The notes under the pieces are model-generated. The model had not been told where the DNA came from. It worked only from the letters and a program-made list of their open reading frames with translations, and did no database searches. Made by a program: the position numbers and the translations under genes. This document shows positions 49,810 to 61,874 of a stretch of 64,000 nt of DNA, in pieces. This DNA is from Malacoraja senta (taxonomy: Eukaryota), in contig CM075996.1 in assembly GCA_038087875.1 (NCBI GenBank), positions 3,474,001 through 3,538,000 of the forward strand, read 5' to 3'. Positions within the stretch are counted from its first letter, which is position 1, and the number at the start of each line of letters is the position of its first letter.

Positions 49810-50100
49810 GGTGCAGTCACTTTATAGTGTAGGGAACCCAGCTGCCAATTTGTACATGGTAAGCCCCCACGGTCAGCGACGATGATCGGGAAGAAAAAAT
49901 ATTGGGCAATAATGAGGAGTGCATCCCTCTTGCTTTTTGTCCAAGTTGTACCATGGGATGGTTTACTCTACCTGACAGGGCAGGTGGTTGGAGGGTTAAA
50001 GTATCGTGCTGCATCTGAAAGACAGTGACTCTGACTGTGCAACACCTCTGCACTACTGCTCTGGGAACCTTCATTGAGAATTTGCAGTCAGGTCTCGGAC
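49810..50100 (-). mobile_element. Ancient DeuSINE-like remnant
   Basis: Minus strand ...TGCACAGTCAGAGTCACTGTCTTTCAGATG...ATCCCATGGTAC...CCAATATTT...CAAATTGGCAGC resembles the Deu domain as recalled; a similar piece lies at ~47790-47910 (+). Confidence 0.5.
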
Positions 50101-50763
50101 ATTTGAGTGAAGGGAAGAGATTGATGAACCGACCATGGACAGCTCCTACCTCTAACCCAGCATCTACCCACTCCTACCCTGGCCCTGGCATCTACCCTGA
50201 ACTTTCTGACGCCTTTCCCCACAGTGGAAAATTTTGATTCTATTGTGGGGGGATGTTCATGTTGAATTCTATAATGTGTTGTGTCATTTTTCTTTTTTTT
50301 TTAAATTTTCAATGGATGTACGGTAACTTAATTATTTATTCTATGTAAAGCACTTTGGTTTCAACGCGCGTTGATTTGAACGTATTATATAAATAAAATT
50401 TACTTACTTACTTACCCTATCCTCAGCTCTAACATGCTGCCTAACAATGACTGCAACCCAGCTCGGACTCTAATCCTAGCTTAGTTTAGTTTAGTTTAGA
50501 GATGCAGTGCGGAAATAGGACCTTCAGCCCACCGAGTCCGCGCCGACCAGCGATTCCCTCACACATTCCTCTCACATCCTAGCCCTATATCTCTCCATTA
50601 GGCCAAGCAGACACAATATTAACAGACTACATTCTCCCCTCTCCACGAGACACTATATCATTGGTACAAGGTTCAGCTGGTGTTGGAAACATTGGGGACC
50701 CAGTCTACTGAAGGACTGAGAGAATGGCTGGCTTTGGGATCAGTAGCAGCAGGCTTGGGTATA

Positions 50764-51125
50764 ATAGACAATAGACAATAGGTGGAGGAGTAGGCTATTT
50801 GGCCCTTTCGAGCCAGCACCACCATTCAATGTGATCGTGGCTGATCATCCCCAATCAGTACCCCGTTCCTGCCTTCTCCCCATATCCCCTGACACCACTA
50901 TTTTTAAGCCCTATCTAGCTCTCTCTTGAAAGCATCCAGAGAACCTGCCTCCACCGCCCTCTGAGGCAGAGAATTCCACAGACTCACCACTCTCTGTGAG
51001 AAAAAGTGTTTCCTCGTCTCCGTTCTAAATGGCTTACCCCTTATTCTTAAACTGTGGTCCCTGGTTCTGGACTCCCCCAACATCGGGAACATGTTTGCTG
51101 CCTCTAGCGTGTCCAAACCCTTAAC
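50764..51125 (-). mobile_element. CR1 3' fragment with (TATTGTC)n tail
   Basis: VKGLDTLEAANMFPMLGESRTR...FFSQRVVSLWNSLPQ. Confidence 0.88.
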
Positions 51126-51354
51126 CCAGATATTTTCTCTTTGCAACTCGGGCACTGAGTCCAGTTGAGGAACCGTTCTGTGGTGAAGATGAACAAGAGC
51201 GTCAGATTGGACCTGCCTCTCACCAGGCCTGCTGGGGACAGTGATTAGCCAACAGAGCCAAGGGAAAGAATCCGCGTGAACCACTTGCACCCTCAGTCCA
51301 GTTCTCTGGATGCACCGAGCAAAAGAGCTAGAAGTAACACACAGGTTGAGTAAA

Positions 51355-51725
51355 CCATCCCCACTCCCCTCTCTACCCTCCATGTGCCCCACCTGGACTC
51401 CCATCTATTTTTCCCCTCCACCCTCTCACCTCCCCCTGCTACTTTCCTCCCTCTGTTTTAACAACTCACAATTTTTCCAACCCATCTCACACCTTCTGTT
51501 CTCATCTTAGCCTTTGTTCCAACCATCTGCCTATCAAAACAAAACCCTTGCCTATTTTGATCTCTTACCTGCCACGCTTTCTCCTGCCTCTGTCTTTTTC
51601 CAGCTTTCTTCTCTTCTCCCCTGCAATCAGTCTGAAGAAGGGTCTTGACCTGAAACATGACCTATCCACGTTCTCCAGAGATGCTGCTTGACCTGCAGAG
51701 TTACTCCAGCGCTTTGCGTCCTTTT
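51355..51725 (+). mobile_element. Penelope-like 3' UTR and terminal repeat
   Basis: Pyrimidine-rich UTR then AGTCTGAAGAAGGGTCTTGACCTGAAACATGACC...CTCCAGAGATGCTGC. Confidence 0.65.
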
Positions 51726-51937
51726 GACCTACCTTACGCCGTTCCCTCCTACCTCTGAGAGGTGGCCACAACATTGATCCGCTCTGGCAGGCTGTGAAGG
51801 TAAATTAATAATCGAGCTAAAGAAGCAGAGCTATGAAATTGTAACAGTTGGCATTATATTTATTCCCTCACTTAGAACGTTACCGAGCGGTGTCACTGAA
51901 ACCGTTCTATGTCTCGTAGTATCCATGGTTGATGCTT

Positions 51938-52137
51938 NNNNNNNNNNNNNNNNNNNNNNNNNNNNNNNNNNNNNNNNNNNNNNNNNNNNNNNNNNNNNNN
52001 NNNNNNNNNNNNNNNNNNNNNNNNNNNNNNNNNNNNNNNNNNNNNNNNNNNNNNNNNNNNNNNNNNNNNNNNNNNNNNNNNNNNNNNNNNNNNNNNNNNN
52101 NNNNNNNNNNNNNNNNNNNNNNNNNNNNNNNNNNNNN
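51938..52137. other. Assembly gap (200 N)
   Basis: Run of 200 N; the round number suggests a placeholder size. Confidence 0.99.
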
Positions 52138-52752
52138 TGGACAGTATTTACCAGCTCCACTTGATAAGATCACAGACTATTCTAAATGCACTGCACTTTG
52201 TTGGCTGTGAAGGGTGTTGTGACATCCTGTGGTTCTAATAGGTGTTATATAATCGCAAGTTCTTTCTTTCTTGCTTTATGTATGGTAATGCCATGCAGCT
52301 GGAAGCATGTTCCCAAAGATTTAAAATCCATAATTGCCAAAGGTAAACTCAGAAAATAATTCACCCCCAACTATCTCAAATCAAGGCATCTTTCTTGTAA
52401 AATGTAACAAAAAGAATTCAAACCAACGAGAGGCTTTTCAGAATGCAAAAGGAATCCTGAGTAATGCTCAGGTGATTGTTTTTGTTCAGCATTGTTCGAC
52501 TTTAAGGAAAAAAATTAAACTAATGACTGCTGGCGATGTGGTTGTAGGTGCTGGGTAGGGGCTGCGAGACAGACAGGGTGATGGAGTTGAATTAACATGC
52601 ACAGCTGATGCTGAATCATCGCCGATCTTGTGACTGTATTTTGGTGAATGATGTTGCAGCTCCATAACAGACTGACTCAGTGACTCCCAGCCACCAATGA
52701 GAGAACATCGACATGCCATTGGAACCACAATTGATGCTTTGAAATCCAATAA

Positions 52753-53040
52753 ATAGACAATAGAGAATAGGTGCAGGAGTAGGCCATTTGGCCCTTTGAG
52801 CCAGCACCGCCATTCAATGTGATCATGGCTGATCATCCCCAATCAGTACCCCGTTCCTGCCTTCTCCCCATATCCCCTGACTCCGCTATTTTTAAGAGCC
52901 CTATCTAGCTCTCTCTTGAAAGCGTCCAGAGAACCTGCCTCCACTGCCCTCTGAGGCAGAGAATTCCACACTCACCACTCTCTGTGAGAAAAAGTGTTTC
53001 CTCGTCTCCGCTCTAAATGGCTTACTCCTTATTCTTATTC
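52753..53040 (-). mobile_element. CR1 3' fragment
   Basis: Near-identical to 33161-33445. Confidence 0.85.
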
Positions 53041-53859
53041 TCCTGATAATCCAGCCACGGAATGGCTCTCCCCTTTTTCCCCTGACTCTCAGTATGACGA
53101 ATGGTCTCGACACGAAATGTCACCTATTACGTTTCTCCAGAGATGCCGTCTGACCCGCTGAATTACTCCAGCCGTTCGTGTCTATCTTCGGTTTAAACCA
53201 TATCTTCGGTTTAAACCTTTCTACACATATGGATTCTGATGGATTCCAATATTCCCAGCTATTTAGACTGTACAGAACTGCCCTCGAGTGTGTGGTTCAC
53301 GAACGACTGGTGAGCCATGTCAGAACTCACCAGAATTGAGACTGCACAACCCGCCATTGTCGTTACCGACGGGCCACCACCACAGCACAAAAATGTCCAT
53401 TTAACATGTTTATTCCTCATCAGCAGATCCCACACCTTTCAGCTCTTTCCGTCACCTCATGCTGGTATCTCCACCCTTTCTCTCTCATTTTAGTCTGGGG
53501 GAAATTAGGGATGAACAATAAATGCTAGCAATGCCAATGACTCAAGCTGGATCTCCCACTTCTAGCCTGCTAGTCGTTCCCTCAAAATCTAGTTGTTCCC
53601 TCAAAATCTATATCAGATTTGTCAAAGATGATTTGGTTTTCAACCATTTTGATTCTGCCCAAACACAGCATAATTTTCTGCTTCAATGCCTTTCCGACAA
53701 GGTTTCTATTGCTCATTTGTATTCCTTTCTTGAACAGCAGTATTTGTTTACTGTCTTCCCACCCCCACAATGATGCCTGAATCTTGCTAATTTTGGAAGC
53801 CACTAATGCAGCAGCCCTGCAGTTGCCTTTAGAATGCTAGAATGCAGACTGCTAGGTTC

Positions 53860-54062
53860 AAGGGATACAAAATGCTGGAGTAACTCGGTGGGTCAGGCAG
53901 CATCTCTGGAGAGCATGACCCGACCCCAAGATGGATGAAGAAGGGTCCCAACCCGAAACGTCACCTATTCATGTTCTTCAGAGGTGCTGCCTGACCTTGC
54001 TGAGTTAATCCAGCACTCTGTCCCTTTCTTTGTAAACCAGCAACTGCAGTTTCTTGTGTCTC
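53860..54062. mobile_element. Inverted pair of Penelope-like terminal repeats
   Basis: ATGCTGGAGTAACTCGGTGGGTCAGGCAGCATC ... TGAAGAAGGGTCCCAACCCGAAACGTCACC... Confidence 0.72.
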
Positions 54063-54824
54063 CGTTGAAAGGATTGTTTGACTTCTAATCACCTTGATTA
54101 CTCCAGTACTTTCTCTTTACTAATTTGAATATTATTGATTTAATTTCCTCATACTCCCCCCCCACTTCCCACAACTTCTGCTCTGCTTATTACATCATCT
54201 GTTGTGAAGATAGATTCAAGATATTTGTTCAATGATCCAACTATTTCCTTATTTTCTTATGCCCAAGGGACCACATATTCCAACTTCTCCCACCATCAGT
54301 CTTTTGTTCCTACTATGCATGTTTTCAAATCTCTTTCAGTCCTCAGCATACAATTTTATTTTAGCAGGATTGTAACATTTTTATTATTTATCACTGTGCT
54401 TCGTTTCTTGGCTATGAATAGAAATACTTTCCAGGAAGTTTTTATTTCTCATTGGAATGTCTCTAATTGTTGAGTATTGAGAAATATTTCCTTAAATGTT
54501 TAACACTGCTTATCTGGCAAATCTTTCAATCTTATTTCTCAATCTACTTTATCCAGCAGCTCATTCCCCCATATCTACTGAATTGATTGTACCAAGCAGC
54601 TGGTAGAGCTGTTTCCTCATAGCTCCAGTGTCCAGGGTTCAATCCTGATTACTGATTGTGCTATCTGGGTGGAGTTCGCATGTCCTCCCCATGGCTGCAT
54701 GGGTTTCCTCAAGATGTTCAGGTTGCCTCTCACATCCAAAGATGTGTTGGTTGCAAGGTTAATTGGCCACTTTGAATTGCCCCCAGTGGTATAACCTGGT
54801 GGGAATTGATGGTGGTAAGGTCTA

Positions 54825-55133
54825 CAGTTCTCCCTCTCTCTCTGTCCCTCCCCCACCCTAGTTCTCTGACTAGTTTTACTGTTCTCCTGATTAATTTTAC
54901 TGATTGTGTGCCTCTTTGTCACCTTCCCCGCAGCGAACAATGAACCATTCTACATTTCCTTATCATCGTCTGCTTTGATCGGTCGTTTTCACACCCTAAC
55001 CCTCCATATTTCTAGACTGCCTCTCCCCTGACTCTCAGTCTGAGGAAGGGTCTCGACCCGAATCGTCACCCATTCCTTCTCTCCAGAGATGCTGCCTGTC
55101 CCGCTGAGTTACTCCATCATTTTGTGTCTATCG
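54825..55133 (+). mobile_element. Penelope-like 3' UTR and terminal repeat, inserted in a SINE (54595-54820 and ~55135-55200)
   Basis: UTR then AGTCTGAGGAAGGGTCTCGACCCGAATCGTCACCC... Confidence 0.7.
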
Positions 55134-55486
55134 ACATGGAAAGACCCAGGAAATAGAACTGATGGATTACCTTTACAAAAACCTGGCATGGATATAATGG
55201 GAATGCCAGTTTAGTAAAAGTAATCTCCCCAGACAGCATTAGAGGTCAGGATTGAACCCAGGTCACTGGGTTACTCTATGAGGCAGCAGATCCTCCAGCC
55301 GTTTAATACAACCAATTACTTAGATGTGGGGGATAAACTGGCTAAAGTAGGTAGAGAAATTAGATTACAAGACTTGTCAGATAAGCAATGCAAAACATTA
55401 AAAACAAATGTTTCTTAATACTCAACAATTGGACATTCCAATGAGAAATAAAAATGGGAATGTGATTTCTTCCAGTGTGCCAGTGT

Positions 55487-55675
55487 TAGAAATATAGAAA
55501 CATAGAAAATAGGTGCAGGAGGAGGCCATTCGGCCCTTCGAGCCAGCACCGCCATTCATTGTGATCATGGCTGATCGTCCCCAATCAATAACCCGTGCCT
55601 GCCTTCTCCCCGTATCCCTTGATTCCACTAGCCCCTAGAGCTCTATCTAACTCTCTCTTAAATCCATCCAGTGAT
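55487..55675 (-). mobile_element. CR1 3' end with (TATGTTTC)n tail
   Basis: ATAGAAACATAGAAAATAGGTGCAGGAGGAGGCCATTCGGCCCTTCGAG. Confidence 0.8.
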
Positions 55676-56869
55676 ATAGAATGTTGAAGGAGTCTGTTCT
55701 ACGATTCTCCTTAGAAAAACCCGACCACCTCAAACCTCCAAATATTGAAGGCACCATGGATGGGCGGAATAAATGGTCATCTGTGCTCATAATGAACCAT
55801 CTGAATAATTGTCCAAGAGTTTGTCGTTGTCCTCACCTGAGATCTTTTTGGAAAAGAGAGCAGGGAGGTATTCAGCAGTGGTGTAGGGGAGAAGGTGTCT
55901 GAACATGTGGAGGATTATATGCATGCATATATATACCGGTATATATGCATTGATTTGTAGCTGCGTTTAAATCAGAGAAAGCACAGAGATGGAGAGTGCA
56001 TAACAGAGAGCCAGATGAAACTGGGCATCACAGGAGAAAACTGAATGTTCTCAGGTGAAAGATATGAGTGTATGTGTGGAGGTATGTGACTGTGTCAGCA
56101 GTGATAACCCACTCACTGAGACCTCCTTCCATCAGATGAAAGACTCGGGTCAATCTAGTTGACCTTCTCCTTTCTGGTTACTGCATGATACAATTATAAT
56201 GGAGTTATTGACATCACAGCAATCAGTCTCTATGAATTAATTCACAAGCTCCCAGACAGGAGGCACGAACTCCCTGGTGGTGGACAGAAGTCAGAGCCAT
56301 TGGTTCCTCCTTAGTATGTCACACTTAGAATCCCACAAATTACTTGGCATGCCGAGATGTTATCTCCTGGAAGAAATGTGTCAAATTTGCACTTGATTGA
56401 ATCGTTTCATATCATCCGTTTGTTAACCCCACCTTGTTTTTCAGAGATATCTGATCTGCACTATTTTTGCTTGTGAGACAATGTCTGCGTTACACTGATT
56501 AGATATGACTAGTCCAGGGCTCTTTGTCCAGATATGCCTCTCCCAGCTTTTGAAAATCTAAGCACACTTCTTTTCTTCTGTCCACAGAATAATGTTTACC
56601 TAGCACCTTGGAGCTTGTTAATTTACACTATTTTCAAATCATCCCAGGATTTTTTTCTCACTTTCTCTGTGGTGTCTTCCAGCGTAACAACTCTTCCATT
56701 TTCTATTCTTCTATTCTTCCATTTCTAACCTTTTGAGACTATTCCATGTTTTGTATCTAGACGATCACTAATGGTGGCCCCAAGCTCTGAAATTCACTCT
56801 CTTAATATCTACACCTCTTTACCTCTCTTTCTGCCTTTAAAACATTTATAACCAAATGTCCAACCAGCT

Positions 56870-57000
56870 CAGTCTGAAGAAGGGTTTTGGCCCGAAATGT
56901 TGCCTATTTCCTTCGCTCCATAGATGCTGCTGCACCCGCTGAGTTTCTCCAGCATTTTTGTGTACCTTTGATTTTCCAGCATCTGCAGTTCCTTCTTTAA
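56870..57000 (+). mobile_element. Penelope-like terminal repeat
   Basis: AGTCTGAAGAAGGGTTTTGGCCCGAAATGTTGCC...CAGCATCTGCAGTTCCTT. Confidence 0.72.
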
Positions 57001-57149
57001 CTCTATACAAATTAAGTTTGCCATTGTTATACATTACAGGGCTAAAAGGACAAGGGTGAATCAAAACTAGGCCAAAACAAATTTCATAGAATGCGTGGCC
57101 ATAACAAATCACTGGAGTCATACAGAGACTATGAAAAATCAGAACAGGA

Positions 57150-57450
57150 ATACAGCTGGCAGAGTTTCTACCTCACAGCACCAGAGATCCAGGTTGGATA
57201 CTAACAATGGGTGCTATCTGTGTGGAGTTTGCAGGTTCTCCCTGTGACCATGTGGGTTTCCTCTGGATGCTCCAGATTCCTCCAACATCCTAAGAGTAGG
57301 TTTGTAGGTTAATTGGCCTATGTAAAATTACCCTAAGTGTGTAGAAAGTGGATGTGAATGCGGGATAACATAGAACTAGTTTGAATAGATGATCGATGAT
57401 TGGTGTGGACTCTGTGGGGCCAAAAGGCCTGTTTCCGTGATGTATCTTTC
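57150..57450 (+). mobile_element. tRNA-derived SINE (HE1/V-SINE-like)
   Basis: Homologous to 46384-46660; CR1-type tail GGCCTGTTTCCGTGATGTATCT. Confidence 0.72.
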
Positions 57451-57794
57451 AATCAGTCAAAACAGAACACATCCTGCAGAAGGGCATTTTAACTCTTGGT
57501 TCAAAAGGAAGTCTTGAGCAGATAAGGCAGACTGTCACTCCACTGCATTTACAAGGAGGAGTTGAACTGGTTCAGAAGCAGGTTGTTGTGTGAGAGATTA
57601 CACTAGGGTCTCCACCTGTTTTATGGATGGTTGACATAATAACCCCAGGATATTCTCCAAAAAAACAAGGGATTCTCACCAACATCTGGACTAATATTAT
57701 CCCCTCCATCAATGACAGTAAAACCAATTCCCTGGTCACCGTCGCAGTGGTCTAGAGTGGGTTCAGTAGATAGGAAATGGGTTCAGTAGATAGG

Positions 57795-58409
57795 AAAAAG
57801 CACATCAGCGCCTCTACTTCCTGAGAAGATTACGGAGAGTCGGTTTGTCAAGGAGGACTCTCTCTAACTTCTACAGGTGCACGGTAGAGAGCATGCTGAC
57901 CGGTTGCATCGTGGCCTGGTTCGGCAACTTGAACGCCCTGGAGAGGAAAAGACTACAAAAAGTAGTAAACACTGCCCAGTCCATCATCGGCTCTGACCTC
58001 CCCACCATCGAGGGGGATCTATCGCAGTCGCTGCCTCAAAAAGGCTGTCAGTATCATCAAGGACCCACACCATCCTGGCCACACACTCATCTCCCCGCTA
58101 CCTTCAGGTAGAAGGTACAGGAGCCTGAAGACTGCAACGACCAGGTTCAGGAATAGCTACTTCCCCACAGCCATCAGGCTATTAAACTTGGCTCGGACAA
58201 AACTCTGAACATTAATAGCCCATTATCTGTTATTTGCACTTTATCAGTTTATTTATTCATGTGGGTATTTACGCATATAATGGTACATGGACACACTGAT
58301 CTGTTTTGTAGTCAATGCCTACTATGTTCTGTTGTGTTGAAGCAAAGCAAAAATGTCATTGTCCTGTCAGGGACACATGACAATAAACTTTCTTGACTTG
58401 ACTTGACTA
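57795..58409 (+). mobile_element. Rex1/Babar 3' fragment
   Basis: FYRCTVESMLTGCIVAWFGN...LQKVVNTAQSIIG; tail AATAAAC..(CTTGA)n. Confidence 0.85.
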
Positions 58410-59124
58410 GTGACCACAGCTATCATGAGCTTCTTGCCTGCTCACTAAAACCATTCTTTCAGCCTCTCTGACTACATCAGCGAGATTGCGCACTACTATG
58501 CCTCTCTAGTGGAAATTACAGAGGTGTTTTGACAGCCAGATAAGTGGTGCCCTGAGAATGAACTGACTGACAAGGCAGCTCTGTAAACAGCTTGCCTGAC
58601 ATTCACCAACGCTCAACAATCACTGTTCACTGCACCTCTGAAACAAAGTGCTGGGACGCTGGGGCTAGGTTGATCTTGGATTCTTTGATAGGTTGCCGTA
58701 TCAAATGCATCTCCGAGAGTTCACTTATTGACAGGCTGGGTGGACGGAGAATCATAGGATGACGCAAGCCTGTAGAAAGTTGGGACGGTTTTTAGTAGAA
58801 CTAACCTATTGATCCTGATTCCCAATTTTAGTAGAACTAACCGATTGCTTTCAAGAGCGAGCTAGATAGGGCTCTTAAAAATAGCAGAGTCAAGGTGGGG
58901 TGATGATGGGATGGAAGGGTATGCAGTGGCAGTGGGTTGCAGTGGTGAAGTAGGATTGTAGGAGTCGTTTGCTTTGGGATAAAGAAAAACGTGTAGGGGT
59001 GGAAGGATTGTTGGTTCTGGTTCTAGCCCGGTATGGGGTTTGTGGTGGGGGGTTTTGGGGTAGAGTTCTAGGTCAGTGTGGACAATGTTGGGGTCTGGAT
59101 GTTGAGGGCTTGGGTTGAATTTTG

Positions 59125-59362
59125 GGTCTGTGGAATTCTCTGCCTCGGAGGGCGGTGGAGGCAGGTTCTCTGGATGCTTTCAAGAGAGAGCTAGATAGGG
59201 CTCTTAAAGATAGCGGAGTCAGGGGATATGGGGAGAAGGCAGGAACGGGGTACTGATTGGGGATGATCAGCCATGATCACATTGAATGGCGGTGCTGGCT
59301 CGAAGAGCCAAATGGCCTACTCCTGCACCTATTGTCTATTGTCTATTGTCTATTGTCTATTG
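59125..59362 (+). mobile_element. CR1 3' fragment with (TATTGTC)4 tail
   Basis: TCTGTGGAATTCTCTGCC...CTCCTGCACCTATTGTCTATTGTC. Confidence 0.85.
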
Positions 59363-59737
59363 ATCCTGATTCCCAATCCTTTTAGTACATTTCAATGACT
59401 CTGTCTCTCATTTCCCAACACACAAACCAGTTCCCTTCAATCGACTCCATCTAAACGTCACGCTGCCTCAGCAAGGCCGACAACATAATCAAGGACCAGT
59501 CTCACCCCGGTTACTCCTTCTTCTCCCCTCTCCCATCAGGTTGGAGTTCCAGAAGTTTGAAAACACATTCCTCCAGATTCACAAACAGTTCCTTCCCAGC
59601 TGTTACCAGGCAACTGAACGGTCTTTTCATCAGCTAGAGCGTGATCCTGACTTTTCACTGCACCTTGATACAGGTGACAATCATAAACTAAACTAAATTT
59701 AAGTACTGTATCTCATATGTTGAAATAATCTAATCCC

Positions 59738-59990
59738 TGCAGTGGTAGAGTTGCTGCCTTCCAGCGCCAGAGACCCGGGTTCGATCCTAACTACGGGTGC
59801 TGTCTGTACGGAGTTTACACATTCTCCCTGTGACCGTGTGGGTTTTCTCCTGGTGCTCCGGTTTCCTCCCACACTCCAAAGGTGTACAGGTTTATAGGTT
59901 AATTATCTTCAGTAAAAATTCTAAATTGTCCCTTGTGTGAAGGATAGTGTTAATGTGCTTCCTTGATCACTGGTCGATGCAGCCTCGAAC
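59738..59990 (+). mobile_element. tRNA-derived SINE (HE1/V-SINE-like)
   Basis: GCAGTGGTAGAGTTGCTGCC...GGTTCGATCC. Confidence 0.78.
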
Positions 59991-60127
59991 TGGAGCAATC
60001 CTTAATCGGGCCTTATCAAACTGCAATGTTATTTACAGTAGTTACACTAAATGTTCTACCCTTTATCCTTCATCTTTGCACTGTGGACGGCTTGGTTGTA
60101 TCCATGTATAGTCTTTTGATTTGACTC

Positions 60128-60534
60128 TTTTGTGGATTGTCACCTTGTCGTGGTGGAGAAGCTTGTGCGGTCCTGAGATCCTGAGAGCGATGCCGTCTGG
60201 AGCTATGCTCCTGGTAGGGCCACCCATGGCGGTAAGGTCGAGGGGGAGGTCTCTGACAAAGAGTCAATCCAATCAAGACCTCAACGGTAGAGCAGGCGGA
60301 GGACGATGGCTGACCTTAGTGGAGCGTCACAACGGCTGGGAAGCCGGATGAAGGCTGCAGCAGAAAAGGGTCTCCGGTCGTCTTGGACTCCATGCCACTG
60401 GATCCTGACCCAGATCTGTCAAGGACCATGGGGTGGCTGCCTGTGCACCAGTCACCCCACGTTAAACAAAGTCACGCACAGGCGTCCTCCATGAGAGGGC
60501 AGTCATACTCGTTTCGAGTGACAGCCGATGATGA
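60128..60534 (+). mobile_element. RTE/BovB-like 5'-UTR-derived short element with (GAT)n tail, inserted in a Rex1-type tail
   Basis: CACCTTGTCGTGGTGGAGAAGCTTG...GAGCGATGCCG...AGGGCCACCCA...TCTGACAAA resembles RTE-clade 5' UTRs (recall); ends GCCGATGATGAT. Confidence 0.6.
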
Positions 60535-61020
60535 TAGCATGCAAATAAAAGCTTCTCACTGTATCACGCTACACATGACAATAATAAACTAAACTAAATT
60601 AAACATTATAGGTCCCATCTGATGAGTCCCCTCTTGAGAAAGGACCGCCTCATCTCCTGGTGCCTCAGCCTTAGCAGAGAATCTCAGCACTGTGATATCT
60701 CCACACAAGTCCTCTACACAAATGTGTCAGAGCTGAATGAATGATAGGCAACAGTGGCTGAAGTGATCTAAAAGGCATCAAAGCCAGGAATAGAGCTGAA
60801 ACTCACTCCATTAAAGTCCCTGACTCTAACACATGTGAATCCAACTAATCTGACCTATATTAAACCCAGACCTGAAAGGTAAGGGGAATTAACATTTTCT
60901 AACCTCTTCACCGTCTCCAGTGCCCAAGGACATTTTGTAAGCTTGAGGTCTGGCAGATTCTCTCTGCAGTTCGATGCCCATGTTATAACAGGAGGTTAAA
61001 TGCAGCCAACCCATCGTTAG

Positions 61021-61415
61021 CAATAGACAAAAGACAATAGACAATTGGTGCAGGAGTAGACCATTTGGCCCTTCGAGCCAGCACCGCCATTCAATGTGAT
61101 CATGGCTGATCATCCCCAATCAGTACCCCGTTCCTGCCTTCTCCCCATATCCCCTGACTCCGCTATTTTTAAGAGCCCTATCTAGCTCTCTCTTGAAAGC
61201 ATCCAGAGAACCGGCCTCCACCGCCTCTGAGGCAGAGAATTCCACAGACTCACCACTCTCTGTGAGAAAAAGTGTTTCCTCGTCTCCGTTCTAAATGGTT
61301 TAATCCTTATTCTTAAACCGTGGCCCCTGGTTCTGGACTCCCCCAACATCGGGAACATGTTTCCTGCCTCTAATGTGTCCAAGCCATTATAACAATCTTA
61401 TATGTTTCAATGAGA
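61021..61415 (-). mobile_element. CR1 3' fragment with (TATTGTC)n tail
   Basis: DTLEAGNMFPMLGESRTRGH...FFSQRVVSLWNSLPQ. Confidence 0.87.
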
Positions 61416-61874
61416 TTGTGAAGAATGTCCATGTCTTTAAGAGTTAGTTTGTGCTCAACTTCGGGGACTTCAATGAAATTGTTGCAACTTGTATCTATGG
61501 TTGATATAATTAGCAGCCCATTGGAAGCACGGCGAATATCACGGGCAGCTGTTGGTGCTAGATGGAAACTAGGTCATTTCTAGGATAGAAGCTCTCCTGT
61601 GTCACAGAGGCTGACTTCCTTCCTTGCAGCCCCCTGTGGGCACTGGTTTTTGGGGCCATTGGGATGAGGACAAAGAGGCAGAGGCTCTGGGTCTACAGCC
61701 AGTTTATGTCTTACAGGCACACCTTGAGGTTCACAGGGGGAAGATCAGAAAGCCCTTTAGGAATGGATAAGAGTATTTGATGTACCTAGTGTCGTGGTAA
61801 AATGACCACAACAATCTTTGTTTTACACGGTGGCTTCAGTGCCAAATATTCACAAAGTTGCCTGGGTAGAGTGT

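Noticed and set aside
51831..52210. ORFs spanning poly-X
   Set aside because: Artefacts of the 200-N gap.
55922..55950. Short palindrome around TATATACCGGTATATA
   Set aside because: Mostly self-complementary (TA)n/TGCA simple sequence; expected by chance.
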